Counted from the stretch's first letter, positions 1-7,025 are shown. The stretch is 30,953 nucleotides of DNA from an uncultured Bdellovibrionales bacterium (GCA_964599525.1 CAZRER010000001.1:1-30953), one strand, 5' to 3'. Notes: generated from the sequence alone by a model not told the origin. Program-made: numbers and translations.

Positions 1-561
1 TTTTTTTATTTTCTTTATCATCTCATCAATCTGCTTGTAAGTATCCTCCAGACTTCCTCCATTATCAATCACAAAATCAGCTAGTTTTTTTAATCCTGGT
101 ACATCCCTATCAGATTCTTGATTTTGACTAGCTTTTAGTTTCTCTAGGGTTTGCTCTCGATCATCAACTTTCTCCTGACGTTGAGTTATCCTGTTTAGAA
201 TAACTTCCACTGGGGCATCTACAAAAGCAAAAACGAAATTTTCTACCTTATTTTTAAAATAATTCAACTCCGCTTCCTTGCGAATTCCATCAAAAACAAT
301 AATTTCTGCTTCTTCATTTTTAATATCCCCCTCTAGGACTCTCGATAAAATATCCCCTCCAAACATATCTCTTAAACCATTGGCAATTGTATTTAAATTA
401 TCTCGGTCATAATCTAAATAAAGACGTTCTAAAATATCCGCCAATATTTTAGAATAACGCATTTGTTGTGCTTGATATTTTTCCTTTAGATAATCTGTAA
501 CCGTCCCCTTCCCCGCTCCAATATTCCCTGCTATTCCAATAACTATTTTTTTCTCTGACAT
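1..561 (-). CDS. P-loop nucleoside-monophosphate kinase-like protein (dNMP kinase / dephospho-CoA kinase-like fold), paralog A; 3'-truncated by window edge
   Basis: Not in the ORF track. Manual translation from ATG at 561: MSEKKIVIGIAGNIGAGKGTVTDYLKEKY...DGIRKEAE...LADFVIDNGGSLEDTYKQIDEMIKK, open to position 1. Walker A GNIGAGKGT; colinear with the ORFs at 5165 and 6253. Confidence 0.85.
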   Translation of the reverse strand, partial: MSEKKIVIGIAGNIGAGKGTVTDYLKEKYQAQQMRYSKILADILERLYLDYDRDNLNTIANGLRDMFGGDILSRVLEGDIKNEEAEIIVFDGIRKEAELNYFKNKVENFVFAFVDAPVEVILNRITQRQEKVDDREQTLEKLKASQNQESDRDVPGLKKLADFVIDNGGSLEDTYKQIDEMIKKIKK

Positions 562-568
562 AATTTAT

Positions 569-613
569 ATTATTTAAACTTATAAAAATTATTTAAACTT
601 ATAAAAATTATTT
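569..613. repeat. 19-bp tandem duplication (ATTATTTAAACTTATAAAA x2 plus a partial third copy)
   Basis: Identical units at 569-587 and 588-606, then ATTATTT at 607-613. Confidence 0.9.
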
Positions 614-658
614 CCCCGTACTACCAAAACCACTCTACCTTCGATCGATATTTTCTAA
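608..658 (-). pseudogene. dut: dUTPase C-terminal remnant (decayed motif V)
   Basis: Minus-strand frame reads L-E-N-I-D-R-R-*-S-G-F-G-S-T-G-K-*, matching trimeric dUTPase motif V (..RGEGGFGSTG). AGG, TAG and AGT are each one substitution from Gly, Glu and Gly codons. Confidence 0.8.
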
Positions 659-667
659 TAATTTTAA

Positions 668-997
668 TTACCTATCGTCACCATCACCACTCAAAACACC
701 TCTGTCCATTCTACTATATAATTTTTCTATATTTTTTTGGGCAATATCATCCATCTGCAAATCTAATTCTGTGGCTAGTTGAGCAATGTACCATAAAACA
801 TCACCTAACTCTTTTATTATATCATTTTTAAAATTATCATCTACAACACTTCCTTTGTCACGAATTAGTTTTTTCACCTTTTCAGAAACCTCTCCGGCTT
901 CACCTGAGAGCCCTAATGTTGGATAAATAATATTTTTTCCAGCTTCTGGGTAAATAGCTGTTTTTCTTGATTTTTTTTGATATTCATTAAAATTCAT
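668..997 (-). CDS. MazG-like (all-alpha) nucleoside triphosphate pyrophosphohydrolase
   Basis: 109 aa with GLSGEAGEVSEKVKK and KELGDVLWYIAQLA, i.e. the ExxE...ExxD metal-binding pattern of the MazG/all-alpha NTP-PPase superfamily. Confidence 0.88.
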   Translation of the reverse strand: MNFNEYQKKSRKTAIYPEAGKNIIYPTLGLSGEAGEVSEKVKKLIRDKGSVVDDNFKNDIIKELGDVLWYIAQLATELDLQMDDIAQKNIEKLYSRMDRGVLSGDGDDR

Positions 998-1027
998 TGT
1001 TTTTGTTCATTAAATAATTAAATATTT

Positions 1028-1058
1028 ATTGAAAATTTAAAATTGAAAATTGAAAATT
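1028..1058. repeat. Heptamer tandem array (ATTGAAA)n
   Basis: ATTGAAA ATTTAAA ATTGAAA ATTGAAA ATT, between the dut N-terminal remnant and the MazG-like gene. Confidence 0.8.
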
Positions 1059-1140
1059 ACCTTTCCATCCCTGCATCAGTAGTATGAGCATATTCCGGCA
1101 ACCGAGCTTTTTTATCCAATTTTTTAATTTGTATTTTCAT
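1057..1140 (-). pseudogene. dut: dUTPase N-terminal remnant (27 aa)
   Basis: Manual translation MKIQIKKLDKKARLPEYAHTTDAGMER*. This is the typical trimeric dUTPase N-terminus (KL...A.LP.YAH..DAGxDL), broken inside motif I. Confidence 0.85.
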
Positions 1141-1141
1141 C

Positions 1142-1166
1142 TAATTCTTAATTCTTAATTCTTAAT
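1142..1166. repeat. Heptamer tandem array (TAATTCT)x3
   Basis: TAATTCT at 1142, 1149 and 1156, then TAATT overlapping the tmk stop codon. Confidence 0.8.
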
Positions 1167-1866
1167 TATTAACTATCCCCCTCCAAATCATTTCACTAAT
1201 TTCCTCAATACTTAATAATTTTCCATTTTTAGCACACTGAATATCTACCCAGTTATTATTTTCTTTCACTAAATTCAAAGCACTTCGCTTGGCATTTAAT
1301 AAGTGCTGAGGATCATTCTCGTGAGCATCTTTTTTCCCAGCGAGATATTTTTTCTTTTCTAGATTATCTTTATTTTTTAATAATTCCAAGCTTAATTTCA
1401 AAGGTACATTCAAAAAAATAATTTGATCTGGTTTAGGAATTTTGAAAATATCGAATTCCATTTTATCCAACCAATCTAAAAATATTCTTCTTTTCCGAGA
1501 GTCTAAAATTTTTCCGCCCTGATGAATTTGATTAGAATTAGCATAGCGGTCAGCGATAACTATACAACCTTGTTTTAACCATTTTTTAATTTTAGTACTA
1601 GACTCAAATCTATCCGCAGCGTATAAAACCGAAGCAATTTTAGGATCAAGTTTAGCAAAGTCTCCGTGCTCGCCAGCTAAACATTCGCCAATTAATTTTC
1701 CAAAAAAGTTCTTTTCATACTGTGGAAAATCAATTGTTCGTACTTTATAACCCTCCTTTTTTAATCTTTTAATCAACAAATTTGTTTGCGTTTTTTTGCC
1801 ACTACCATCAATCCCCTCCACTACGATAAATCTCCCCCCTCGAACTTTTTTAATTTTATTTTTCAT
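1162..1866 (-). CDS. tmk: Thymidylate kinase
   Basis: FIVVEGIDGSGKKTQ P-loop, LYAADR, IADRY, IPKPD..IFL and D.HE lid motifs. Start moved to the ATG at 1866 (MKNKIKK); the track's 1932 start adds 22 residues with no recognisable motif. Confidence 0.93.
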   Translation of the reverse strand: MKNKIKKVRGGRFIVVEGIDGSGKKTQTNLLIKRLKKEGYKVRTIDFPQYEKNFFGKLIGECLAGEHGDFAKLDPKIASVLYAADRFESSTKIKKWLKQGCIVIADRYANSNQIHQGGKILDSRKRRIFLDWLDKMEFDIFKIPKPDQIIFLNVPLKLSLELLKNKDNLEKKKYLAGKKDAHENDPQHLLNAKRSALNLVKENNNWVDIQCAKNGKLLSIEEISEMIWRGIVNN

Positions 1867-1979
1867 CTGTATTCGCCCCCGAACTTTTAATGAATTAAAA
1901 TCTAATTCTCTCTTATTAACTTTTAGGCTCACTTACTACTATTGAGTTATATGAGCCCAATAATAATTAAATTGACATC

Positions 1980-2216
1980 TTATTTAAAATAACTTTCAAT
2001 AATCCCCTCGATTTCCTCCCAGGAATTAGCAATCCAGTTCGGAGATGCTGTTTCTATTTGTTGCCAGGGTCTTTTGTCTTGGGTGTCTATACTACTATCA
2101 AAACAATCTAAAATATCTGCCTTAGTTACACTTCCATCAAAATCCTGAAAAATTTTTAATAACTCTTGAAAACTATCAATAATTACTCCATCAAAATCTA
2201 AAACTATATTTCCCAT
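1980..2216 (-). pseudogene. HAD-superfamily hydrolase with large in-frame internal deletion
   Basis: 78 aa. Starts with HAD motif I (IVLDFDGVIIDS) and ends with a HAD-like tail (ASPNWIANSWEEIEGII). Motifs II-IV are absent; typical HADs are about 200+ aa. Confidence 0.65.
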
Positions 2217-2407
2217 AATTCATTTTTTTAAATTCCATTTTTTAAAATAAAAATATTTCACTAGCCATACTAAATAACCAAAATCTTAATAACTCACCCA
2301 AATAATACCAATAATCCTATAGATTTTTTAGCTTAAAGAATTTTCTCTCTTACAAATTATAATACTCTGCTAGTTTTACTTTTTTATTTCTACTGATTTA
2401 TATTTTT

Positions 2408-2436
2408 ATCATAGCACAAAAATATTCCCCGCTCAA
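2408..2436 (-). promoter_or_regulatory. Sigma70-type promoter for the HAD-tmk-dut/MazG-kinase A unit
   Basis: Minus strand TTGAGC (2436-2431), 17-bp spacer, TATGAT (2413-2408) preceded by an extended -10 TG. Confidence 0.55.
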
Positions 2437-2576
2437 TACAAGGTTACTTTTACAATATAATTCTTTATATTTCAACTATTCAAAATTATTAACAATTTTA
2501 ATTAGTTTTTTAGGCATAATAAATTCCGTAACTATTGGCGGATAATGTTTTAAATCAAAATATATATTTTAACACT

Positions 2577-2612
2577 TAATGCAAATTAACAGTTTACTGC
2601 TAATTTGCATTA
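2577..2612. repeat. Inverted repeat, 12-bp perfect arms
   Basis: TAATGCAAATTA (2577-2588) / TAATTTGCATTA (2601-2612); inner CAG/CTG can extend the stem. Confidence 0.75.
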
Positions 2613-2663
2613 TATATTAACGGACAAATTACCCAGCATAAAATTATTTTCACAATGTACTAC

Positions 2664-2707
2664 TTTATGTTTCAGTTACCGACGACCGTCGGTAATTGAA
2701 ACATAAA
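2664..2707. repeat. Long palindrome, 21-bp arms, 2-nt loop
   Basis: TTTATGTTTCAGTTACCGACG-AC-CGTCGGTAATTGAAACATAAA; one G:T mismatch. Confidence 0.9.
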
Positions 2708-2798
2708 AAGATATAAATATACAAACAAATACACGGATACACAGATAATTATCAAAACATACAAATCTCACCAACTCCACCTCAACATCGACTTCTCC

Positions 2799-2827
2799 TT
2801 GACATAATAACAATAATAATCCATACT
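2799..2827 (+). promoter_or_regulatory. Sigma70 promoter of the orphan gene
   Basis: TTGACA (2799-2804), 17 bp, CATACT (2822-2827); AGGAG Shine-Dalgarno at 2887-2891 before the ATG at 2898. Confidence 0.7.
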
Positions 2828-2897
2828 AATTTTAGATAGGAGTGGAGCTCATTTCAAAAAAAGCGGGAAACTTCCCGTCAAAAGCTAGGAGAAAACA

Positions 2898-3293
2898 ATG
2901 GAAACAATCAAAACGAGTCGTGAAGAAATACCGTCAGATTGGAAATTTTGTGTGGTTGAGAAAGGGGGTGCAAATACAATTCTAGAAGCAGCAGAGAAGC
3001 TTGATGACTATGCTCAAGCTGAGAGTGTGGTATGTTACAACAATACTGACGGATATCCCGCCAGCATTATTAGTTCTCGCCATTTCCCAATGGGATACAA
3101 ACAGTACACCGGAAATCTTGGAGAATATTTTTTCTTCTCACGGACGAAAGAGGTAGAGGTGCCGGGAGTTGAGATGATTCTTTTAGAAAAAGCAAAGGAC
3201 TGGAAAGGTGATATTCTTCCCAAATTATGGATATGTAAATTTGTATTCGTCTCAGGGAAACATTACAAAGATCTTGTTTTTTATAATTTATAA
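2898..3293 (+). CDS. Hypothetical protein (orphan, 131 aa)
   Basis: Own promoter, SD and terminator; G-rich coding-like composition; no motif recognised. Confidence 0.75.
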   Translation: METIKTSREEIPSDWKFCVVEKGGANTILEAAEKLDDYAQAESVVCYNNTDGYPASIISSRHFPMGYKQYTGNLGEYFFFSRTKEVEVPGVEMILLEKAKDWKGDILPKLWICKFVFVSGKHYKDLVFYNL

Positions 3294-3309
3294 ACTTAAA
3301 ATCCACCAT

Positions 3310-3350
3310 TCATCTAAGGTACAAAGTACCTTAGATGACTTTTTTTATTT
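3310..3350 (+). terminator. Intrinsic terminator
   Basis: TCATCTAAGGTAC-AAA-GTACCTTAGATGA 13-bp perfect stem followed by a T-tract. Confidence 0.8.
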
Positions 3351-3433
3351 TTCAGTTGTTGATCAGAAACCACAAATTACTCTTCTTAAAAAAACTCTAC
3401 TCGTTTTTTAAAAATTATAATTATCATTTTTAA

Positions 3434-3593
3434 TTATTCAAAAAAATTTTGGCTTCGACCATTTTTTAATAGTTCCTGCACCTCTTCTAAAGAAACTTTT
3501 TTGGTCATTCCTACTCCATCACTAGTTCTGAATGTAAACGCCCCCCTCATTACAATCTATAAAAGTACCTGCATATTCTGTATTCCCAAACAT
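3434..3593 (-). pseudogene. Possible frameshifted gene remnant of unknown family
   Basis: Two overlapping short minus-strand frames: MFGNTEYAGTFIDCNEGGVYIQN* (3593-3522) and MRGAFTFRTSDGVGMTKKVSLEEVQELLKNGRSQNFFE* (3550-3434). They overlap at a C6 run, and the segment is more GC-rich than its flanks. Confidence 0.3.
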
Positions 3594-3711
3594 AATAAAA
3601 AATATTTTACCATTAATTTCTTGTTTTAATTCTTCAATAATTTTTTATTTATTTTCTTACCTATTTTTTATTTGCTACATTTTTTAATAAATTTATTTGT
3701 TTTTGATAAAA

Positions 3712-5061
3712 TTATTTCTCCACAATATCCTGTTCACCTCGTTTGATGTCAAATTTGTTGGGGGTGCTGTCAATATGTAAAGTTAGTCCATCTTTCTTGA
3801 AAAGTTTTTCCAAACTAGAAATCATCTTTAACATTTGCTTTACCAATGTTGGATGCACAAAACGAGTAGAACGCAACTCCACCAAATAAGTCAAAGCTTT
3901 TAAATCTCCCACCACCCGACAAGGCACTTGATAACCCATCGGGATATAATATTGCTTAATAAATTTATCAACTTTTAATTTAGCAATTAACCGTTTTTGC
4001 TCTTGTAAAAATTTCTTAGCTTCTTTTCTTAAGTCCTCTGGCAACTGTTCTAAATACCAATCATTAAACCCGTGTCGCATAGTCAATAAAGGCATTCGCT
4101 GAGCTACCGCTCGATGTCGTTGGAGATCGCGAAAAGAACCAAAATCCAACAAAAACTCATACCCAACTACTCCACATTCAGCAATGATATTGGGCAATTC
4201 TGTTTTCGGTGGTCGCTTCTTCATTTCCTGTTGATGATTTTTTAATATTTTTTTATCAATATTATTAAATAATAATTTAAAATCCTCGGCCTTGGCATTT
4301 TCAAAATAATATTTTTTCTGCATTACATACTCATTATATTTTTCTGTTTCCTTATATCTTTTATGTCCAAAAGATTGTGGATAAATTTGTCGCAAAGCTT
4401 TCTCTGTCTTCTCGGCAATATCTCTAACTTCTGCCAAAGGATGATGTCGTAACATCATTAACTCATCAGCAAATTGTCTAAAATTCATTCGCCAAGCAAC
4501 ATTAGTTGTTGCCCCTGCTGACAACCAAGCCCTTGTAATATCAAAAGCTCGCGCCACAATTGCTTTATTATAAACTGTCTCATTTTCTCCCTTTTGTCTG
4601 GGATGTTTTTCTTTTAAAAATTCTTGCACTGGTTTTTGAGCTTGCAAATAAAACTCTCGCCAATTTTCCAAAACTTTCTCTCCTGTTTTTGTCTTTTTAG
4701 GATTAAGAAAAATTTGCTTAGAAAAATCAACATAACGAGTAGATGCTTCTTGTCCGGAGTACAATCGCCAATCTTGGATTGCTTTTGCCGCCAACATAGA
4801 AACCCCTTCCACAAAAACCGTTACACTTCCACAGTCACCGATAGACTTGTGTCCATAACCAACATAAAATTGCTCCATAAAATTTTCCGCTCCTTTTTCT
4901 TTTAATATTCTTAAATGATGTTTAATCCCTCCCGTAGAACGAGAATGTAAAGCTTGTAACATTGCTTCCGCTTGCCCATCAATCTCCGCTCCCGTATCTA
5001 AAACTAAAACAAAGCTCCCTTTGTTTTTTAATGGTTCTACAATGTGTTTTATTTTTTTCAT
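3712..5061 (-). CDS. thyX: FAD-dependent thymidylate synthase, tandem-domain (about double-length) type
   Basis: 449 aa. N-half GYGHKSIGDC and QEASTRY; C-half FRDLQRHR and ELRS...HP, all ThyX/Thy1 motifs. Confidence 0.9.
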   Translation of the reverse strand: MKKIKHIVEPLKNKGSFVLVLDTGAEIDGQAEAMLQALHSRSTGGIKHHLRILKEKGAENFMEQFYVGYGHKSIGDCGSVTVFVEGVSMLAAKAIQDWRLYSGQEASTRYVDFSKQIFLNPKKTKTGEKVLENWREFYLQAQKPVQEFLKEKHPRQKGENETVYNKAIVARAFDITRAWLSAGATTNVAWRMNFRQFADELMMLRHHPLAEVRDIAEKTEKALRQIYPQSFGHKRYKETEKYNEYVMQKKYYFENAKAEDFKLLFNNIDKKILKNHQQEMKKRPPKTELPNIIAECGVVGYEFLLDFGSFRDLQRHRAVAQRMPLLTMRHGFNDWYLEQLPEDLRKEAKKFLQEQKRLIAKLKVDKFIKQYYIPMGYQVPCRVVGDLKALTYLVELRSTRFVHPTLVKQMLKMISSLEKLFKKDGLTLHIDSTPNKFDIKRGEQDIVEK

Positions 5062-5147
5062 TAGTTTATATTATTTTTTATAAAAAAAGCTATCCTCCTT
5101 GGATAACTCTTATAATATCTTTTTTCAAAAATCTCCCACCTGTTTTT

Positions 5148-5176
5148 ATTTTAGCACAGAATGATTATTTAACCAA
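5148..5176 (-). promoter_or_regulatory. Possible internal promoter for thyX
   Basis: Minus strand TGTGC-TAAAAT (extended -10; hexamer at 5153-5148) with TTGGTT 17 bp upstream. Confidence 0.4.
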
Positions 5177-5707
5177 CTCATCTATTTGTCTGTATAAATC
5201 CTCCAATGTTCCATTGTTATCTATTACTACCCCAGCATACTGTTTTAATTCTTTAATTTGTTGCTCCGCTTCGCGCCCCCGATCCTTCTCAAATTCTTTA
5301 TAACTTTTTCCCTGATCATCAATTCTTTCATTCCGCTTAATAATTCTATTATAACTATTTCTGATACTAGTATCTAAATATATTAATTTAAACCCATCAA
5401 GCTTTTTCAAATGTTTAATATCTCCTAATCGTCGAACGCCATCAATAGCCACTATTTTATGCCTATCGTTTTTAACCTTTTTAGCAATCGCTTTTGCTAG
5501 AGCATCTTCTCCATAAGCCCTTCTTAAAATGCTAGACATAGTTTGTAAATTCTCACGATTGTTTTCCTGATAAATTTCATCTAACATATTTTTCAAAATA
5601 TCAGAAAAACGATACTTACCAGCTTGGTATTTTTTTTGCAAATATTCCGCCACAGTAGTTTTACCACTAGCCATTTCTCCAGCAAGACCTATGATGATTC
5701 CTGACAT
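5165..5707 (-). CDS. P-loop nucleoside-monophosphate kinase-like protein, paralog B
   Basis: IIIGLAGEMASGKTTVAEYL Walker A, RFSDIL, IDGVRR, IDNNGTLEDL; NMP-kinase fold pattern. Confidence 0.85.
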   Translation of the reverse strand: MSGIIIGLAGEMASGKTTVAEYLQKKYQAGKYRFSDILKNMLDEIYQENNRENLQTMSSILRRAYGEDALAKAIAKKVKNDRHKIVAIDGVRRLGDIKHLKKLDGFKLIYLDTSIRNSYNRIIKRNERIDDQGKSYKEFEKDRGREAEQQIKELKQYAGVVIDNNGTLEDLYRQIDELVK

Positions 5708-5727
5708 TGAATTATACTATTACTTTT

Positions 5728-6228
5728 TTAAATTTTATTTATAATAAGTTTATGTTTTGGATGATATTGTTTTAATTTTACACCTGCCTCTTTTAACATT
5801 TGACGTGAAGCTTTGAAAATATCAACATCCGCATATTTATCTGAATTATAAACAACCTCTTTAATTCCACTTTGAATTATTAATTTGGCACACTCATTGC
5901 ATGGAAACAAGGTAGCATAAAGACGACAACCATCAACACTACTATTAGAATTTAGAATAGCATTTGCTTCAGCATGCACAACATAGGTATATTTATTGTT
6001 CAGAGTGTCACCCTCGCGACACCAAGGAAATTTATCATCACTACAACCCTTAGGAAAACCATTATACCCTAAACCTACCACAATATTATCTTTATTAACA
6101 ATACAAGCACCAGTTTGAGTATTAGGATCTTTTGATCTCTTAGCAATTAGTTCTGGCATCAACATAAACACCTCATCCCAATCTAACACTTCCTCTCTCT
6201 TATATGTTTTTTTATTTTTACCAGACAT
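5728..6228 (-). CDS. dCMP deaminase (ComEB/DCTD-like)
   Basis: RSKDPNTQTGACIV, GYNGFPKG, HAEANAI and PCNECAKLI zinc-binding motifs. Confidence 0.95.
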   Translation of the reverse strand: MSGKNKKTYKREEVLDWDEVFMLMPELIAKRSKDPNTQTGACIVNKDNIVVGLGYNGFPKGCSDDKFPWCREGDTLNNKYTYVVHAEANAILNSNSSVDGCRLYATLFPCNECAKLIIQSGIKEVVYNSDKYADVDIFKASRQMLKEAGVKLKQYHPKHKLIINKI

Positions 6229-6252
6229 AAATTTTATTAAATAACTATTTAA

Positions 6253-6837
6253 CTACTCCCCTTCCATCACCTCCAACTCCTTTTTCTTTTTTAGAATTTC
6301 TTTCATAGCATCGTCAACTTGCCAAAGTAAATCGTCCATAGTTCCATCATTCTTAATGACAAAGTCTGCCTGTGCGCCAATAGCTGGAATATTTTTTTCA
6401 GTTTCGGCAGTCGCCTCAAATTCTTTAAACTGCTCTAAGGTTTGATTGTCATCAGATTTTTCTCCTCTACCAACTACTCTCTCCCAACGTAATTTTTGAT
6501 CAGCAGTCACATACATAATATAATTATTTTTAAAAGATTTTATAAAATCTAAATCTTTTAACATTCTCATACCATTAACACACATCAAGCCATCATGTTG
6601 TTCTACATATCGTCTTACCCCTTGATGTAAAACGTCTTCACCAAATCTCTCTTTAAATGTTGTATACAACCAAGATTGATCCTCTTTGGATGACTTATTA
6701 AAAAATAAATCTAAGGTTTTTTTTAAGGGCAAACTAAACCTTAAGAGTTGCACGTCATACCTTCTTTTTAAATAATGCGCAACGGTATCTTTACCACTTC
6801 CTGTTTCTCCTACTAACCCAATAATAATTTTTGACAT
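6253..6837 (-). CDS. P-loop nucleoside-monophosphate kinase-like protein, paralog C
   Basis: IIIGLVGETGSGKDTVAHYL (GKDT as in phage dNMP kinases), RFSLPL, NGMR, IKNDGTMDDL. Confidence 0.85.
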   Translation of the reverse strand: MSKIIIGLVGETGSGKDTVAHYLKRRYDVQLLRFSLPLKKTLDLFFNKSSKEDQSWLYTTFKERFGEDVLHQGVRRYVEQHDGLMCVNGMRMLKDLDFIKSFKNNYIMYVTADQKLRWERVVGRGEKSDDNQTLEQFKEFEATAETEKNIPAIGAQADFVIKNDGTMDDLLWQVDDAMKEILKKKKELEVMEGE

Positions 6838-6877
6838 TTTAATAAATTATCTAATTAATTCTAAAAACACAACTTCT

Positions 6878-6906
6878 ATTATAATTCATTCTACTTTTAT
6901 CGTCAA
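6878..6906 (-). promoter_or_regulatory. Strong sigma70 promoter for the kinase C-deaminase-kinase B-thyX unit
   Basis: Minus strand TTGACG (6906-6901), 17 bp, TATAAT (6883-6878). Confidence 0.75.
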
Positions 6907-6990
6907 TTTATTTTATTGTAATCACTCACAGCTTTAAATAATAGTAGGTGTCTTCGATGAATATTTAATGATATTTTACAGTTCCACCTC

Positions 6991-7025
6991 CTACAAATCT
7001 ACAAATCAGCTACAAATCTACAAAT
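6991..7025. repeat. Octamer array (CTACAAAT)x4
   Basis: Copies at 6991, 6999, 7010 and 7018, with a CAG interruption. Confidence 0.85.

Noticed and set aside
635-637. In-frame TAG in the dut C-terminal remnant as possible stop-codon readthrough or recoding
   Set aside because: Neighbouring codons are also degraded, there is no start or core domain in frame, and TAG ends normal genes elsewhere in the window; simple decay explains it.
1867-1932. N-terminal extension of Tmk and a short similarity between LKVRGR and KKVRGG segments
   Set aside because: The extension has no Tmk-like features and the DNA similarity is only about 12 nt; the downstream ATG is more plausible.
2500-3400. Integron gene cassette interpretation of the orphan gene and flanking hairpins
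   Set aside because: No recognisable attC R''/R' boxes bounding the hairpins, no extrahelical-base pattern, no integrase, and the gene has its own promoter.
4376-4384. Second perfect DnaA box (TGTGGATAA)
   Set aside because: Lies inside thyX coding sequence; compatible with chance occurrence.
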